Shown: positions 9,901 through 20,334, numbered from the whole stretch's first letter. The stretch is 61,895 bases of DNA, filler included, from 6 parts of 6 records of this genome joined end to end with filler, not necessarily neighbours in it; one strand, 5' to 3'. The notes: generated from the letters alone by a model not told the origin. Numbers and translations: made by a program.

Positions 9901-10244
9901 TGGCACTATTCGGAGCAATTGTATCCCTGATCGGATCGATCTTTCTCTTCCTGGGAGCCCTGGGGCTTCTGCGCATGCCGGATATTTTCAACCGCATGCA
10001 GGCGGGCACCAAAGCGACCACCATGGGCACTATTCTGTTCCTGTTTGGAACGGCATTCTCTCATTATGAATGTGTCTGTGTCGGTAAGATCGTTATCCTT
10101 ATTCTTTTCATCATTTTCACCAACCCGCTATCATCTCACGCTTTAGCAAGAGCCGCTCATTTTATGGGTATTCCTCTGGCAAAGAAAACCGTGAAGGACG
10201 ATCTGGCGGATGACGAGAAAAAAGAGGAAGGAGGACAAGCATGA
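9900..10244 (+). CDS. MrpG/MnhG-like antiporter subunit
   Basis: RMPDIFNRMQAGTKATT, TNPLSSH. Confidence 0.92.
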   Translation: MALFGAIVSLIGSIFLFLGALGLLRMPDIFNRMQAGTKATTMGTILFLFGTAFSHYECVCVGKIVILILFIIFTNPLSSHALARAAHFMGIPLAKKTVKDDLADDEKKEEGGQA

Positions 10245-10489
10245 ATACTGTGATCATTGCCTCATTTGGAGTGATTATGGTCGTTGCGGCTTTTCTGGCG
10301 ATCTATCAGAAAAGTTTGTTGTCGGCCATTATCGTTGCAGGTTCGATCTCACTGCTGGCTTCCGTTATCTATATTATTATGGCGGCACCCGATGTTGCCA
10401 TGACCGAAGCGGCCATTGGGTCGGGTTTAACTACCATTGTGTTCTTATACGCATTGAACAAAGTAAGAAAGCAGGATAAAGATGGTTAA
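10241..10489 (+). CDS. DUF4040/MbhD-like small membrane subunit
   Basis: AAPDVAMTEAAIGSG. Confidence 0.9.
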   Translation: MNTVIIASFGVIMVVAAFLAIYQKSLLSAIIVAGSISLLASVIYIIMAAPDVAMTEAAIGSGLTTIVFLYALNKVRKQDKDG

Positions 10490-11171
10490 AAAAATATTTT
10501 ATGTGATCATTCTTGTGGCTTTGGCCGTCATGTTCCTGCCCCTTGCGACAGAACTGACACCTTTTCAAGAATTGTCACCCACAGCTGAAAAGTATGTAAA
10601 GGACGGTCCGGACGAACTCGGCGGCGCCAACTTGGTGACCTCCGTGATCGTAACCTATCGTGGTTTGGATACCTTGGGCGAGGTGGCCGTGCTTTTCATC
10701 GCGACTGCGGGCGTGGGCTTTTTCCTTCGTAGAGACGGGAAAAAAGTCGAACGCAAAAAACGCGGTTCATCACAGATCCTTCAGAGCGGAACGACCTTCC
10801 TGTTCCCGCTGATCCTGGTTTTTGGCGTGTACATTTTCGTGCATGGTCATCTGACCCCGGGCGGCGGTTTCCAGGGTGGTGTGGTCATTGCCTCCGGCAT
10901 GGTCCTGCTGTTGCTCTCACGGGTCTCAACAAAGATCAATACGACCGTTCTCCATTTTGTCGAGTCACTTTCCGGTGCCGCCTATATTGCCATTGGAATT
11001 CTTGGACTCGTTCTGGCGGCCGGTTTTCTTGATAACCGATTTCTCGAGCTCGGTAAGTTCGGCACCTTGCTGAGCGCCGGCGCTATTCCGTTGATCTATT
11101 CCTTTATCGGATTGAAGGTTGGTGCGGAATTGGTCGGGATCGTCGATAACATGCAAAAGGATCAACCATGA
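10482..11171 (+). CDS. MrpB/MnhB-like antiporter subunit
   Basis: YRGLDTLGE and GHLTPGGGFQGG. Confidence 0.92.
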   Translation: MVKKIFYVIILVALAVMFLPLATELTPFQELSPTAEKYVKDGPDELGGANLVTSVIVTYRGLDTLGEVAVLFIATAGVGFFLRRDGKKVERKKRGSSQILQSGTTFLFPLILVFGVYIFVHGHLTPGGGFQGGVVIASGMVLLLLSRVSTKINTTVLHFVESLSGAAYIAIGILGLVLAAGFLDNRFLELGKFGTLLSAGAIPLIYSFIGLKVGAELVGIVDNMQKDQP

Positions 11172-11521
11172 TATTAATGACTTATTTCGGATTAGCACTG
11201 ATCGTGATCGGAATTTGGGGCATGTTGACCCAGAAGAATATCATCAAGATCATCATCGGGTTTTCCATTGTGGATACCGGTGTGCACATGGTCATGGTCT
11301 CGATCGGATACTTGAAAGACCGTACGGCGCCTATTCTTGACAAAAAAGAAATTATTGGCGATGCAGTAAATCAAGTTGTGGATCCCATTCCTTCGGCATT
11401 GGTCTTAACGGCCATTGTTATTGGACTGGCGGTCACGGCACTGATGCTGTCCTACGCGGTAAAACTATACCAGAAAAAAGGAACACTCGATATTAATGAG
11501 TACAAGGAGTTAAAATGGTAA
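11168..11521 (+). CDS. MrpC/MnhC-like antiporter subunit
   Basis: DPIPSALVLTAIVIG. Confidence 0.92.
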   Translation: MILMTYFGLALIVIGIWGMLTQKNIIKIIIGFSIVDTGVHMVMVSIGYLKDRTAPILDKKEIIGDAVNQVVDPIPSALVLTAIVIGLAVTALMLSYAVKLYQKKGTLDINEYKELKW

Positions 11522-14500
11522 ATCCTATCTACATTTTCATTCTTGCTCTGGGCGCTGCGTTCCTTTTATCACTTATTGATAAACTGGGACGAAAAGTCTC
11601 AATGACAATATTCTACGGAGTGCTGGCCGGAATGGCAGCTATCTCCATGCAGTGGCTTCTTGCCCTTTTGAACGGCACCGAAACCCTGATGATCTATACA
11701 GCCGGATTCAAGCCACCGTTCTCCATCAATCTACAGATGGGGATCGAAGAGGCATTCTTTACACTTGCTGTGAACCTGATGGGACTCCTTGTTGGATTCG
11801 TGATGCTGAAACAACTGGAGAAGACAAAAGCCAATGCCATGATCCTCTTCCTTATGATGATCATGGGGATCAACGGACTGATCATGACACGCGATATGTT
11901 CAACTTATTCGTGTTCATGGAGATCACCTCGATCTCTACCTTTGCCTTGATCGGTATCAATCGCGGACTTAGGTCACTGTCTGCAGGTTTCAAATATGTC
12001 ATCGCCGGCGGTATCGCGTCGATCTTCTTTTTGATCGGTACGATCTATCTTTATCGTTTTTCCGGTGTGCTGCATATTGATTCCATGATCGCTGCTGTTG
12101 ATGTTGCTTCTTCGCAGGCGACCTTCCTGGCGGTCTTTATTCTGTTAATGGCTATCGTGATCGAACTGAAGCCTTTCCCGGCGAACGGCTGGGCGCTGGA
12201 TGTTTATGAAGCTACCGACAGCAGTGTTACCTCCTTGGTGGCATCGGCTTCGGCAGCCGGAATGTTCTTTGCATTGCATAAGATCATGCCCCTGCTGAAC
12301 GACAGTTTGCTGCTAACAATGACAGGTGTGGGGCTTGTAACATTCGTGGCATCAAACCTGATGGGTCTAAAACAGGAAAATGCAAAACGACTTCTGGGCT
12401 ATTCTTCCATTGGGCAGATCGGCCTGGTCGTTGGAGTTTATACCTTATTAACCCAATTGGGATATGCTTCCACGGACAAGATCATTATTCTGATCGTTGG
12501 CGGCTTGTTCATCAATCACTTTATCGCCAAGGCCGGATTATTCTGGTTGGCGGGTGTAGTAAATAAAGAAAATATCAACGACTGGGGCGCGCTTCGTAAA
12601 AAGCCCATCATGCTTTTTGCATTCGGAGCTTTTGTTCTGGCCTTGGTCGGACTTCCGCCGCTGCCGGCATTTTTTGCCAAGTGGCAACTGGTAATGACCC
12701 TTGCCGCCGAGAACCAATTCCTGGTCATTGGCGCCGTGTTGCTCGGTACGCTTTTTGAAGCGGTCTATCTGATGCGCTGGCTGGGCAAGGTGATCAAAAG
12801 CGAGGTTGTTGAAGAGCTGAAAGTCGAATTTAACAAATGGTTGCCCATTGTGCTGATGGCCTTGACGATCATCGGATTGGGTGCCTTCACTGCAACTTAC
12901 GTCCCCGGTGGAGAAAGTCTGAAGATCTTCTACCTGCCTATGTTGTTGGTTGCAGCTCTTTTCATTCTCGATTTTCTGCCGGCATGGCTCAAGAATGCCA
13001 TCGTCATACTGGCGGTTTCTGCATACACATATATTAATCGTGGCGAAGTGGACGGCTACAGGATCATCTTCGGTATTGTTTTCCTCATCGGTACGGTTGT
13101 ACTTCTATTTCCCGGTTTCCACGTTAAAGGCAAACGTGCCGGATTCTATCCCTTTGTTGCCATGATGCTTGCAGGACTTGCCTGCATGCTGTTGGCCAAG
13201 AATACCCTGCAGTTCTTTACTGCCTGGGAATTGATGACACTGGGATCCTACTTTATGGTACTGAAAGGCAAGAAAGCTGAAAAGCCGGCATTGTCCTATT
13301 TAACCTTTGGATTGGGTTCAGCGTACGTCATGCTGATGGGACTGGGATTGTTCTCTTTCTCGAATGGCGGCAGTATGGAGTTAGCACTTCTTGGTGACCT
13401 GAATCCATACTCAACGACGATTTTCATCTTGATGTCAGTCGCGTTCCTGACGAAGCTGGCTATCATGGGTGTTCATGTCTGGCAGCCGGGAACCTATTCG
13501 GAAGCCGACGGCGATGTTTCGGCCATCCTTTCGGGTGTGCTGACCAAGGCCGGTGTTTTTGGCATGATGATCTTGCTTTTCTCAATTCAAAAACCCATGG
13601 TTGGAAATGTTGAAGTCCTTTACGTCTTGAGTTGGATCGGAGCACTGACCGCATTCCTGGGTAACACCATGGCCATTTATCAGGAAGATGTGAAAAAACT
13701 TCTCTCTTGGGCAAGTATCGGAGCTATGGGTTATGTGCTGTTCTCATTGAGCATGCAAACCTATCTTGGGTGGGTTACCTCTATTGCTTTTGCTTTGAAC
13801 CATTTCCTTTATAAGGGATTGCTCTTCATCACCGTAGCCGGTGTGATCTATCGCCTTAAAACACGCAATATGTATGAAATGGGCGGTATGATCAAAAAGA
13901 TGCCCATCTCATTCATTGCCATGCTTATGGGTATTATCGCTGTCTCCGGCGTTCCGCCGCTGTCAGGATATGCCGGCAAATGGATCAGCTTTAATGCTAT
14001 CCTTGAAACCGGTTGGTACCTGCAGGGCATCGTAATGTCCGTAGCCGGTGTGATCGCTTTCCTCTATCTGTTCCGCATGATCTATACGATCTTCCTGGGA
14101 CAGTTGAAAGACAATCACCGTCATGTAAAGGAAGCCCCGATCGGATTCATTATTCCTCAGCTGATCATGCTGGCGGCTATTATGGTCTTTTCGGTACGAC
14201 CCGGATTGATCCTGAAAACCTCCGGTGATTTTATCACTACCAGTTTCCCTGATAATGTTATTACTTGGGTAGACGGTACTGCTCATACGCAGTTCGGTTA
14301 CTGGAACGGCACCTGGGTAATGTTCGCTACAGCCGGTGTTTTTGGTTTCGCTTTCATTCTGCTGATGCTAATGAAACGTCGCAATACAGTGAAAGCCGGA
14401 CAGTTCAATATTGTGTATGCGGCCGAGCGTCCTTCACGTCCCGAACTGACCCATGTGGGTTACAATTTCTTTGCCCATTACCGCAGAGCACTTGGAACAT

Positions 14501-14661
14501 TTTCTCTGCCGATCATGCAGAAATTCTGGAAGGTGGTGGATGATGTTTTTCATTCCACTGCGGATACATTAAGAAAGATCTATACCGGAAACGGTCAAAC
14601 CTATCTTGTGCATATCATTGTCTTTGTGATGGTGGTTTATATCATAGCGATCGGAGGATAG
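11515..14661 (+). CDS. Fused double MrpD-type antiporter-like subunit
   Basis: 1048 aa, two antiporter repeats, collinear with 1230..4376. Confidence 0.9.
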   Translation: MVNPIYIFILALGAAFLLSLIDKLGRKVSMTIFYGVLAGMAAISMQWLLALLNGTETLMIYTAGFKPPFSINLQMGIEEAFFTLAVNLMGLLVGFVMLKQLEKTKANAMILFLMMIMGINGLIMTRDMFNLFVFMEITSISTFALIGINRGLRSLSAGFKYVIAGGIASIFFLIGTIYLYRFSGVLHIDSMIAAVDVASSQATFLAVFILLMAIVIELKPFPANGWALDVYEATDSSVTSLVASASAAGMFFALHKIMPLLNDSLLLTMTGVGLVTFVASNLMGLKQENAKRLLGYSSIGQIGLVVGVYTLLTQLGYASTDKIIILIVGGLFINHFIAKAGLFWLAGVVNKENINDWGALRKKPIMLFAFGAFVLALVGLPPLPAFFAKWQLVMTLAAENQFLVIGAVLLGTLFEAVYLMRWLGKVIKSEVVEELKVEFNKWLPIVLMALTIIGLGAFTATYVPGGESLKIFYLPMLLVAALFILDFLPAWLKNAIVILAVSAYTYINRGEVDGYRIIFGIVFLIGTVVLLFPGFHVKGKRAGFYPFVAMMLAGLACMLLAKNTLQFFTAWELMTLGSYFMVLKGKKAEKPALSYLTFGLGSAYVMLMGLGLFSFSNGGSMELALLGDLNPYSTTIFILMSVAFLTKLAIMGVHVWQPGTYSEADGDVSAILSGVLTKAGVFGMMILLFSIQKPMVGNVEVLYVLSWIGALTAFLGNTMAIYQEDVKKLLSWASIGAMGYVLFSLSMQTYLGWVTSIAFALNHFLYKGLLFITVAGVIYRLKTRNMYEMGGMIKKMPISFIAMLMGIIAVSGVPPLSGYAGKWISFNAILETGWYLQGIVMSVAGVIAFLYLFRMIYTIFLGQLKDNHRHVKEAPIGFIIPQLIMLAAIMVFSVRPGLILKTSGDFITTSFPDNVITWVDGTAHTQFGYWNGTWVMFATAGVFGFAFILLMLMKRRNTVKAGQFNIVYAAERPSRPELTHVGYNFFAHYRRALGTFSLPIMQKFWKVVDDVFHSTADTLRKIYTGNGQTYLVHIIVFVMVVYIIAIGG

Positions 14662-14664
14662 AGC

Positions 14665-15585
14665 ATGGAATTTCAAGCTATTAAAATACTATACGCACTC
14701 CTGACGGTTTTCATCGTCCTGAATATCGGACTGGTCCTGGGGGGTGTGACCCGAAAGATCGCGGCCCGTGTTGGCGGGCGATACGGTATTCGTTGGTATC
14801 AGCCCTATATTGATCTGGTCAAGAACTACTCCATCCGTACTTCGGTACATCATGGTATCATGTTCTGGCTGGGTCCGGTATTTCGACTGGCCGGCGGTAT
14901 GGGTGTACTGATCTTTATCCCGGCGATCTACGGATCCGAGATGTTCAGCAACTTCTCATTTGCCGGTGACCTGATGCTGATCCTTTACTTTATTTTCTTC
15001 GGTACGCTGGGCATGGCTCTGGGTGCCGGTGAAAGTGGACATCCTTATTCGGCCATCGGAGTAAGTCGCGGACTGGCGCAGGTAACTGCCGCCGAGATCC
15101 CCTTGTTGATCGCCATTATGGCCGTGGGTATTCAGTATCAAACACTTTCCGTGACTGCGATCGTAGGCGCCCAACAGGCCGGTATGGCAAGTTGGACAGC
15201 TGTCAGCAATCCGCTGCTCGGAATTCTTGCCATCATTGGCTATCTGGGTTCTATGATGCGATCACCCTTCGATGTGGTGTTGGCGCCCCAGGAAATTCCC
15301 ATTGGTCCGCCAACGGAATTTCACGGAACCTTTTTGGCCCTGCTGCAAACCAACCGGAGCATTTTTCCGGTCGCCAAGACCATCCTCTTCGTTAACCTCT
15401 TTTTCGGAGGCGCCACGAATTGGCCGATCATGATCCTGAAAGCATTCATGCTTTACATGGTATCAGTTATTGTCGGGTCAGTCATGGCACGTTTCAGAGT
15501 AGATCAATCCATACGCTGGTTCTATAAGTATGCACTTCCTCTGGGATTGATCACCTTGTTAGTCACCGTATTAATGTTCAAATAA
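14665..15585 (+). CDS. NuoH/MbxM-like membrane subunit
   Basis: ARVGGRYG..QP, RSPFD..APQEIP.GP.TE, RFRVDQ. Confidence 0.92.
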   Translation: MEFQAIKILYALLTVFIVLNIGLVLGGVTRKIAARVGGRYGIRWYQPYIDLVKNYSIRTSVHHGIMFWLGPVFRLAGGMGVLIFIPAIYGSEMFSNFSFAGDLMLILYFIFFGTLGMALGAGESGHPYSAIGVSRGLAQVTAAEIPLLIAIMAVGIQYQTLSVTAIVGAQQAGMASWTAVSNPLLGILAIIGYLGSMMRSPFDVVLAPQEIPIGPPTEFHGTFLALLQTNRSIFPVAKTILFVNLFFGGATNWPIMILKAFMLYMVSVIVGSVMARFRVDQSIRWFYKYALPLGLITLLVTVLMFK

Positions 15586-15596
15586 AGGATATATTC

Positions 15597-16241
15597 ATGT
15601 CGATGAAAGACCTTGAAAAAAGAATGGTAACCGGGCCGGACGGAGAGCAGTTCGAAGTCGATCCCATGCAGGATTACTTCTGCCAGGAACCCCCTCAGCC
15701 CCATAAAGCATCCAGCATAAGAATTTGGGAAAAGTTCCTGAATTGGTGCCGTGGAGAATCCTTGTGGATCCTCGGCTTCGGTACGGGCTGCGGCGCTATT
15801 GAAATGCGTCCCCTGATGACTCCCCGCTTTGATGCCTATCGCTATGGAATTCAGTGGCGGCCGACACCTCGCCAGGCGAATCTTTTCGTCATTGGCGGTT
15901 ATATGTCGGTTAAGACATTGAAACGTGCCATCCGTTCATACGAGCAGATGCAGGGACCTAAGTTCGTGGTCGGATTGGGATCTTGCACTATCAATGGCGG
16001 GATGTATTTTGACAGCTACAATACCATTAACCGGCTGGATCACTATATGCCGGTGGATGTTTACATCGCAGGCTGTATGCCGCGACCCGAAGCCCTTCTT
16101 GCAGGATTTGAAGAACTTAAAAAACTCATCAAAGCAGGGAAGGCCGAAGGCCAGAATAAGTATGCCGAGAATTTTGAGTGGTATAAAGCAAATCAGAAAA
16201 AGATCATCAAGCATTGGGATATGCCGGATTATAACTGGTAA
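15597..16241 (+). CDS. NuoB/MbxJ-like Fe-S subunit
   Basis: GTGCGAIEM, TPRQA, GSCTINGG, DVYIAGCMPRPE. Confidence 0.92.
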   Translation: MSMKDLEKRMVTGPDGEQFEVDPMQDYFCQEPPQPHKASSIRIWEKFLNWCRGESLWILGFGTGCGAIEMRPLMTPRFDAYRYGIQWRPTPRQANLFVIGGYMSVKTLKRAIRSYEQMQGPKFVVGLGSCTINGGMYFDSYNTINRLDHYMPVDVYIAGCMPRPEALLAGFEELKKLIKAGKAEGQNKYAENFEWYKANQKKIIKHWDMPDYNW

Positions 16242-16270
16242 ACCCGTGAACCAATAAGAGAGCAATATCT

Positions 16271-16798
16271 ATGAAAGAGTTATTGAAAGATCTGAAAAAA
16301 CGTTACGGAACAAGTAAGGCCGTTCAACAACGGGCGGACTTGACATTCGTAACGATCAAAAAAGAGGACGCTGTCGCAGCGATCACGCATCTGCGGGATC
16401 ATGAAGGTTTTACTCACCTGGTGTTGCTGACTGCCGTCGATTGGTTGGAGGACGGGAAATTCCAGTTGACCTATCTGTTGAACAATGACGCAAAAAGGAT
16501 CGATCTTGGACTGCGCGTGATGCTTGACAGAGAAAAGGCAGAAATGGAATCAATTCATCACCTTTGGGAACAGGCAGCGACCTATCAACGCGAGTTGCAT
16601 GAAATGTTCGGGATCAACTTTCCGGGATCACCCCGAATTGATGAACCCTTTATACTTGAGGGCTGGCATGATATTCCACCTTACCGCCGTGATTTTGATA
16701 CATTGAAGTATTCCGAGGAAACCTATTTTCCGCGTCCCGGACGTGTGACCCATGATCCCGAAGAATACATGAAGAAAAAACTCTATCCGGAGGAATGA
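16271..16798 (+). CDS. NuoC/MbxK-like subunit
   Basis: TAVDW, RELHEMFGINFPGSP, PPYRRDF. Confidence 0.9.
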   Translation: MKELLKDLKKRYGTSKAVQQRADLTFVTIKKEDAVAAITHLRDHEGFTHLVLLTAVDWLEDGKFQLTYLLNNDAKRIDLGLRVMLDREKAEMESIHHLWEQAATYQRELHEMFGINFPGSPRIDEPFILEGWHDIPPYRRDFDTLKYSEETYFPRPGRVTHDPEEYMKKKLYPEE

Positions 16799-16799
16799 C

Positions 16800-17978
16800 A
16801 TGGCCGATAAAAATAAATACAGAGAAAAATTCCCCGCAAAGAATCCGGACGGGACCAATATCATCGATCTTGAGAGCGGACAGTTCATCAAGGTCTGGCA
16901 GGGTCCCCAGCATCCGGGTATTACCGGTAATATGTCATTGGAACTGATCATTCAGGGTGATGAGATCATGAAGTGCCAAACCCATGTGGGCTATTTGCAC
17001 CGTGGCTTTGAAAAGCTGATGGAACGCAGAAGTTTTATCCAGTGTTTCCCGCTTGTTTGTCGTATTGCCGTACCCGAACCGGATTTTAACGAATATTGTT
17101 TTGCCGCTACCATCGAAGAACTTGCCGGCATTAAGGTCCCCGAAGCCGCTGATTGGATGAGAACCCTTATCCTTGAAATGGCGCGATTGACCTCCTTCCT
17201 GATGTGGATGGGCGGCCAGTCCGGCGCATTTGGATTAGGCTTACCGGGGCAGTGGCTGAACTATGCCCGAGACCTGATGTTGGATCGTTTTGAAGAGATC
17301 TCCGGCGGACGAATTTACCATATGCATATCCTGCCCGGCGGCGTTCGAGGCTTATTGCCCGAAGGCTGGGAAGGACGCATGGAAGACACACTTCAGAAGA
17401 TCGAAGATGTCATGAAAGATGTTGAAAGAACACTCTTTCAGAATTCTGTTTTTAAAACGCGCTCGGTTGGCCTAGGTTATATTGATCCTACATGGATCGA
17501 TAAATATGGGATCGTTGGTCCCAACGCCCGTGCTGCCGGAGTACCTAAAGACGTAAGAAAAGATTATCCCCACCTGAAATATCCGGAACTGGATTTTGAC
17601 GTGATCACTGCAACCGATTCAGACGCCTATACCCGTGCTGTCTTGCGTAAGAAAGAAATTCACATGAGTATGGACCTGATCCGCCAGATCGTGGCAAAGA
17701 TGCCGAAAGATGGCGAGTTCATGGCCAAGGTACCGAATGTCCTTCATTGGAAGATCCCTAAGGGTGAAACCTACATCCGCTCTGAATGTACCCGCGGTGA
17801 ATACGGTTTTTATACCGTCACTGACGGCAGCGGATTTCCCCGAAGGGTCAATGTGCGCGGACCGAGTTACACTCACGCCGTTGCACTGATGGAGAAGCTG
17901 GCGATCGACTGCAATATTGCAGACACCGCCGGACTGATGGTATCCTTACATACCTATCCACCGGAAATTGAAAGGTAA
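16800..17978 (+). CDS. NuoD/MbxL-like subunit (no NiFe ligands)
   Basis: GPQHPG, GYLHRGFEKLME, PGGV, RGE.G, RGPSY; lacks CxxC motifs. Confidence 0.92.
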   Translation: MADKNKYREKFPAKNPDGTNIIDLESGQFIKVWQGPQHPGITGNMSLELIIQGDEIMKCQTHVGYLHRGFEKLMERRSFIQCFPLVCRIAVPEPDFNEYCFAATIEELAGIKVPEAADWMRTLILEMARLTSFLMWMGGQSGAFGLGLPGQWLNYARDLMLDRFEEISGGRIYHMHILPGGVRGLLPEGWEGRMEDTLQKIEDVMKDVERTLFQNSVFKTRSVGLGYIDPTWIDKYGIVGPNARAAGVPKDVRKDYPHLKYPELDFDVITATDSDAYTRAVLRKKEIHMSMDLIRQIVAKMPKDGEFMAKVPNVLHWKIPKGETYIRSECTRGEYGFYTVTDGSGFPRRVNVRGPSYTHAVALMEKLAIDCNIADTAGLMVSLHTYPPEIER

Positions 17979-17983
17979 ATAAT

Positions 17984-19771
17984 ATGGGTTATAAAGACGT
18001 TTTATCTCCCTTTGTAGCATGGAAGAATTTGGTCAAAGAACCGGTTTCCATCAAAAAGCCTCTCGAAAGAGAAGGCGCTCCGCGATACCGTGGATTCCAT
18101 ATGAACGATATGGAAAAATGTATCGGTTGCGGAACCTGTGAAGTGATCTGTCAAAATGCCACTATTGATATGGTGCCGGTTGAAGGCATCGAAACAAAAG
18201 ATGGTGACAGCGGGCTAAGGCCATTGTTTGACTACGGCCGCTGCTGTTGGTGTGCCCTTTGTGTGGATGTTTGTACAACAGGTTCGCTGACGATGAGCAA
18301 CGAGTTCAAATGGATCGATTCCGATCCGGATGTATTCCGATTTGTTGCCGGTGTGGACGAAAAGCCATGGGATAATAGCGAGCTTGGTTACAGGAAGCCC
18401 GATAATTTTGAGCTCTATGAACTTGAGCGCGTTCACATGGAAGAACTGAAACCCGGAGATCGTGATAGATCATTTATTGAGATCGTCAAAGGTTACTCAA
18501 AAGAACAGGCGATCAAGGAAGCCGACCGTTGCGTTTCCTGCGGGATCTGTATTGCAACCTGTCCGGCTCACATGGGTATTCCCCAATATATTGAAGCCGT
18601 ACGAAATGACGATATGGAAGAAGGTTTGAGGATCCTTTACGAGACCAATCCTTTGCCTGCCATTTGCGGTCGCGTTTGTACGCATAACTGTGAAACGGTC
18701 TGTGCATTGGGACATAAAGGTGATCCGCTTTCCATTCGCTGGTTAAAGCGTTATATTGCCGACCAGGTTCCAATCGAAAAATACAAAGAGATCCTGGGTG
18801 CAGATGCATTTGAACAGATGAATAAAAAAGTCGCGATCATTGGTGCCGGGCCGGGTGGTCTGTCTGCAGCCTATTATTTGGCAAACCTCGGTTACGAAGT
18901 CAAAGTGTTCGAAGCTATGGCCGAACCCGGAGGAATGACGCGTTACGGTATTCCTTCCTATCGCTTGCCATATGATCAATTGGATAAAGATGTTCAACAT
19001 ATCAAAGATCTTGGCGTTGAATTTGCTTTCAATACCCGGGTTGGAAAAGATGTCCCATTTGACAAATTACATAAAGACTACGATGCGGTTTTTGCGGCCA
19101 CAGGTCTTCATGATGGGCGATCCACCCGCGTAGACGGAACAGATCATCCCATGGTATTCCAGGCTGTGGATCTGCTTCGCGAGGTAACGGAAGGCAAGGA
19201 AATAGAAGTTGCCGAAAAAGTCGTTGTGATCGGCGGTGGTAATGTCGCCATGGATATCGCCAGAACAATGGCACGTCTTCAGAATAAGAAATATGGCAAA
19301 GTTCAATTGATCTTGACCTCTCTTGAAACTGAAGATATCATGCCGGCGGATCTTGAAGAGATCGTTGAATCTCGTGAAGAGAATGTCGTGATCGAAGACG
19401 GCTGGGGTCCAAAACTGATCGAGATCGAAGATGACAAGATCAAGGGACTGAAAGTTGTCCGCTGTTTATCGGTCTTTGATAAAAAAGGACATTTCAATCC
19501 GAAATTTGACAACAAAGATGAGAAATTCTTTGAAGCCGATATGGTTATAGAAGCGATCGGACAGGGAATGGATATCAGCTACATGAGCGAGATGCTAGGC
19601 AAGAAACTTGAAATGACGGAACGCAATCGTGTGAAGGTTGATACTTTCGCGCAGACTTCGGTTCCCTGGCTTTTCGTCGGTGGTGATATCATTGGCGGAA
19701 CCGATGCCATACAAGCTATTGCCGACGGTCATCGGGCTGCAAAAGGCATTGATAAATTCTTAAATAAGTGA
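17984..19771 (+). CDS. NuoI(MbxN)-GltD/NfnB-type FAD/Fe-S oxidoreductase fusion, copy 1
   Basis: RYRG + CIGCGTCEVIC + CCWCALCVDVC ferredoxin domain; RCVSCGIC...CP, CGRVC...CETVC, GAGPGG, GGGNVAMD, GGD. Confidence 0.9.
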   Translation: MGYKDVLSPFVAWKNLVKEPVSIKKPLEREGAPRYRGFHMNDMEKCIGCGTCEVICQNATIDMVPVEGIETKDGDSGLRPLFDYGRCCWCALCVDVCTTGSLTMSNEFKWIDSDPDVFRFVAGVDEKPWDNSELGYRKPDNFELYELERVHMEELKPGDRDRSFIEIVKGYSKEQAIKEADRCVSCGICIATCPAHMGIPQYIEAVRNDDMEEGLRILYETNPLPAICGRVCTHNCETVCALGHKGDPLSIRWLKRYIADQVPIEKYKEILGADAFEQMNKKVAIIGAGPGGLSAAYYLANLGYEVKVFEAMAEPGGMTRYGIPSYRLPYDQLDKDVQHIKDLGVEFAFNTRVGKDVPFDKLHKDYDAVFAATGLHDGRSTRVDGTDHPMVFQAVDLLREVTEGKEIEVAEKVVVIGGGNVAMDIARTMARLQNKKYGKVQLILTSLETEDIMPADLEEIVESREENVVIEDGWGPKLIEIEDDKIKGLKVVRCLSVFDKKGHFNPKFDNKDEKFFEADMVIEAIGQGMDISYMSEMLGKKLEMTERNRVKVDTFAQTSVPWLFVGGDIIGGTDAIQAIADGHRAAKGIDKFLNK

Positions 19772-19779
19772 GGTGCCCA

Positions 19780-20232
19780 ATGAAGATCTTTAATGTACAA
19801 GAGATCATTGAATACGCCATTCAAATAGAGAAGGAAAGTTTTGAATTCTACACCCGGGCCGCGACAAAGGTCGAACCGGGAGATGTATATGAACTACTGG
19901 TTCAACTTTCCACTGAAGAGATCGATCACCAAAATAGATTGAAAGGTTTGATCGACGAAGGCAAAGTTTCTATGCAAACTCTTCTAAAGGATATGGAAGT
20001 TGATACCACGATCATGGATCGTATTGTTGAGACCTCCGTGATCCCGGAAGATCCCAGCGCGCTAAATATTTTAAATATCGCACTTGAGCGTGAAAAGAAT
20101 ACAGAAGCCACCTATGCTATGCTGTTGACGCTCTCGCAGATCACCGACGATATCGTTGAGGTATTCGAAGATCTGCGTTTGCAAGAGCAAGGACACGCGA
20201 ATAAAATACAAGCAAGGATCAATAAATTATAA
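19780..20232 (+). CDS. ferritin-like/rubrerythrin family protein
   Basis: AIQIEKES..FY, EEIDH, ALEREK, QEQGH di-iron four-helix pattern; ATG 19780 follows GAGG. Confidence 0.85.
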   Translation: MKIFNVQEIIEYAIQIEKESFEFYTRAATKVEPGDVYELLVQLSTEEIDHQNRLKGLIDEGKVSMQTLLKDMEVDTTIMDRIVETSVIPEDPSALNILNIALEREKNTEATYAMLLTLSQITDDIVEVFEDLRLQEQGHANKIQARINKL

Positions 20233-20334
20233 TTCGAGCTGACCGGTAAAGTGTATTTGGAATACAGTATCAGAAACCACCAAAACTGAAATTGAAAATA
20301 CTACCAGCTTCTCACATTAAAGTGGAAAACAAAC

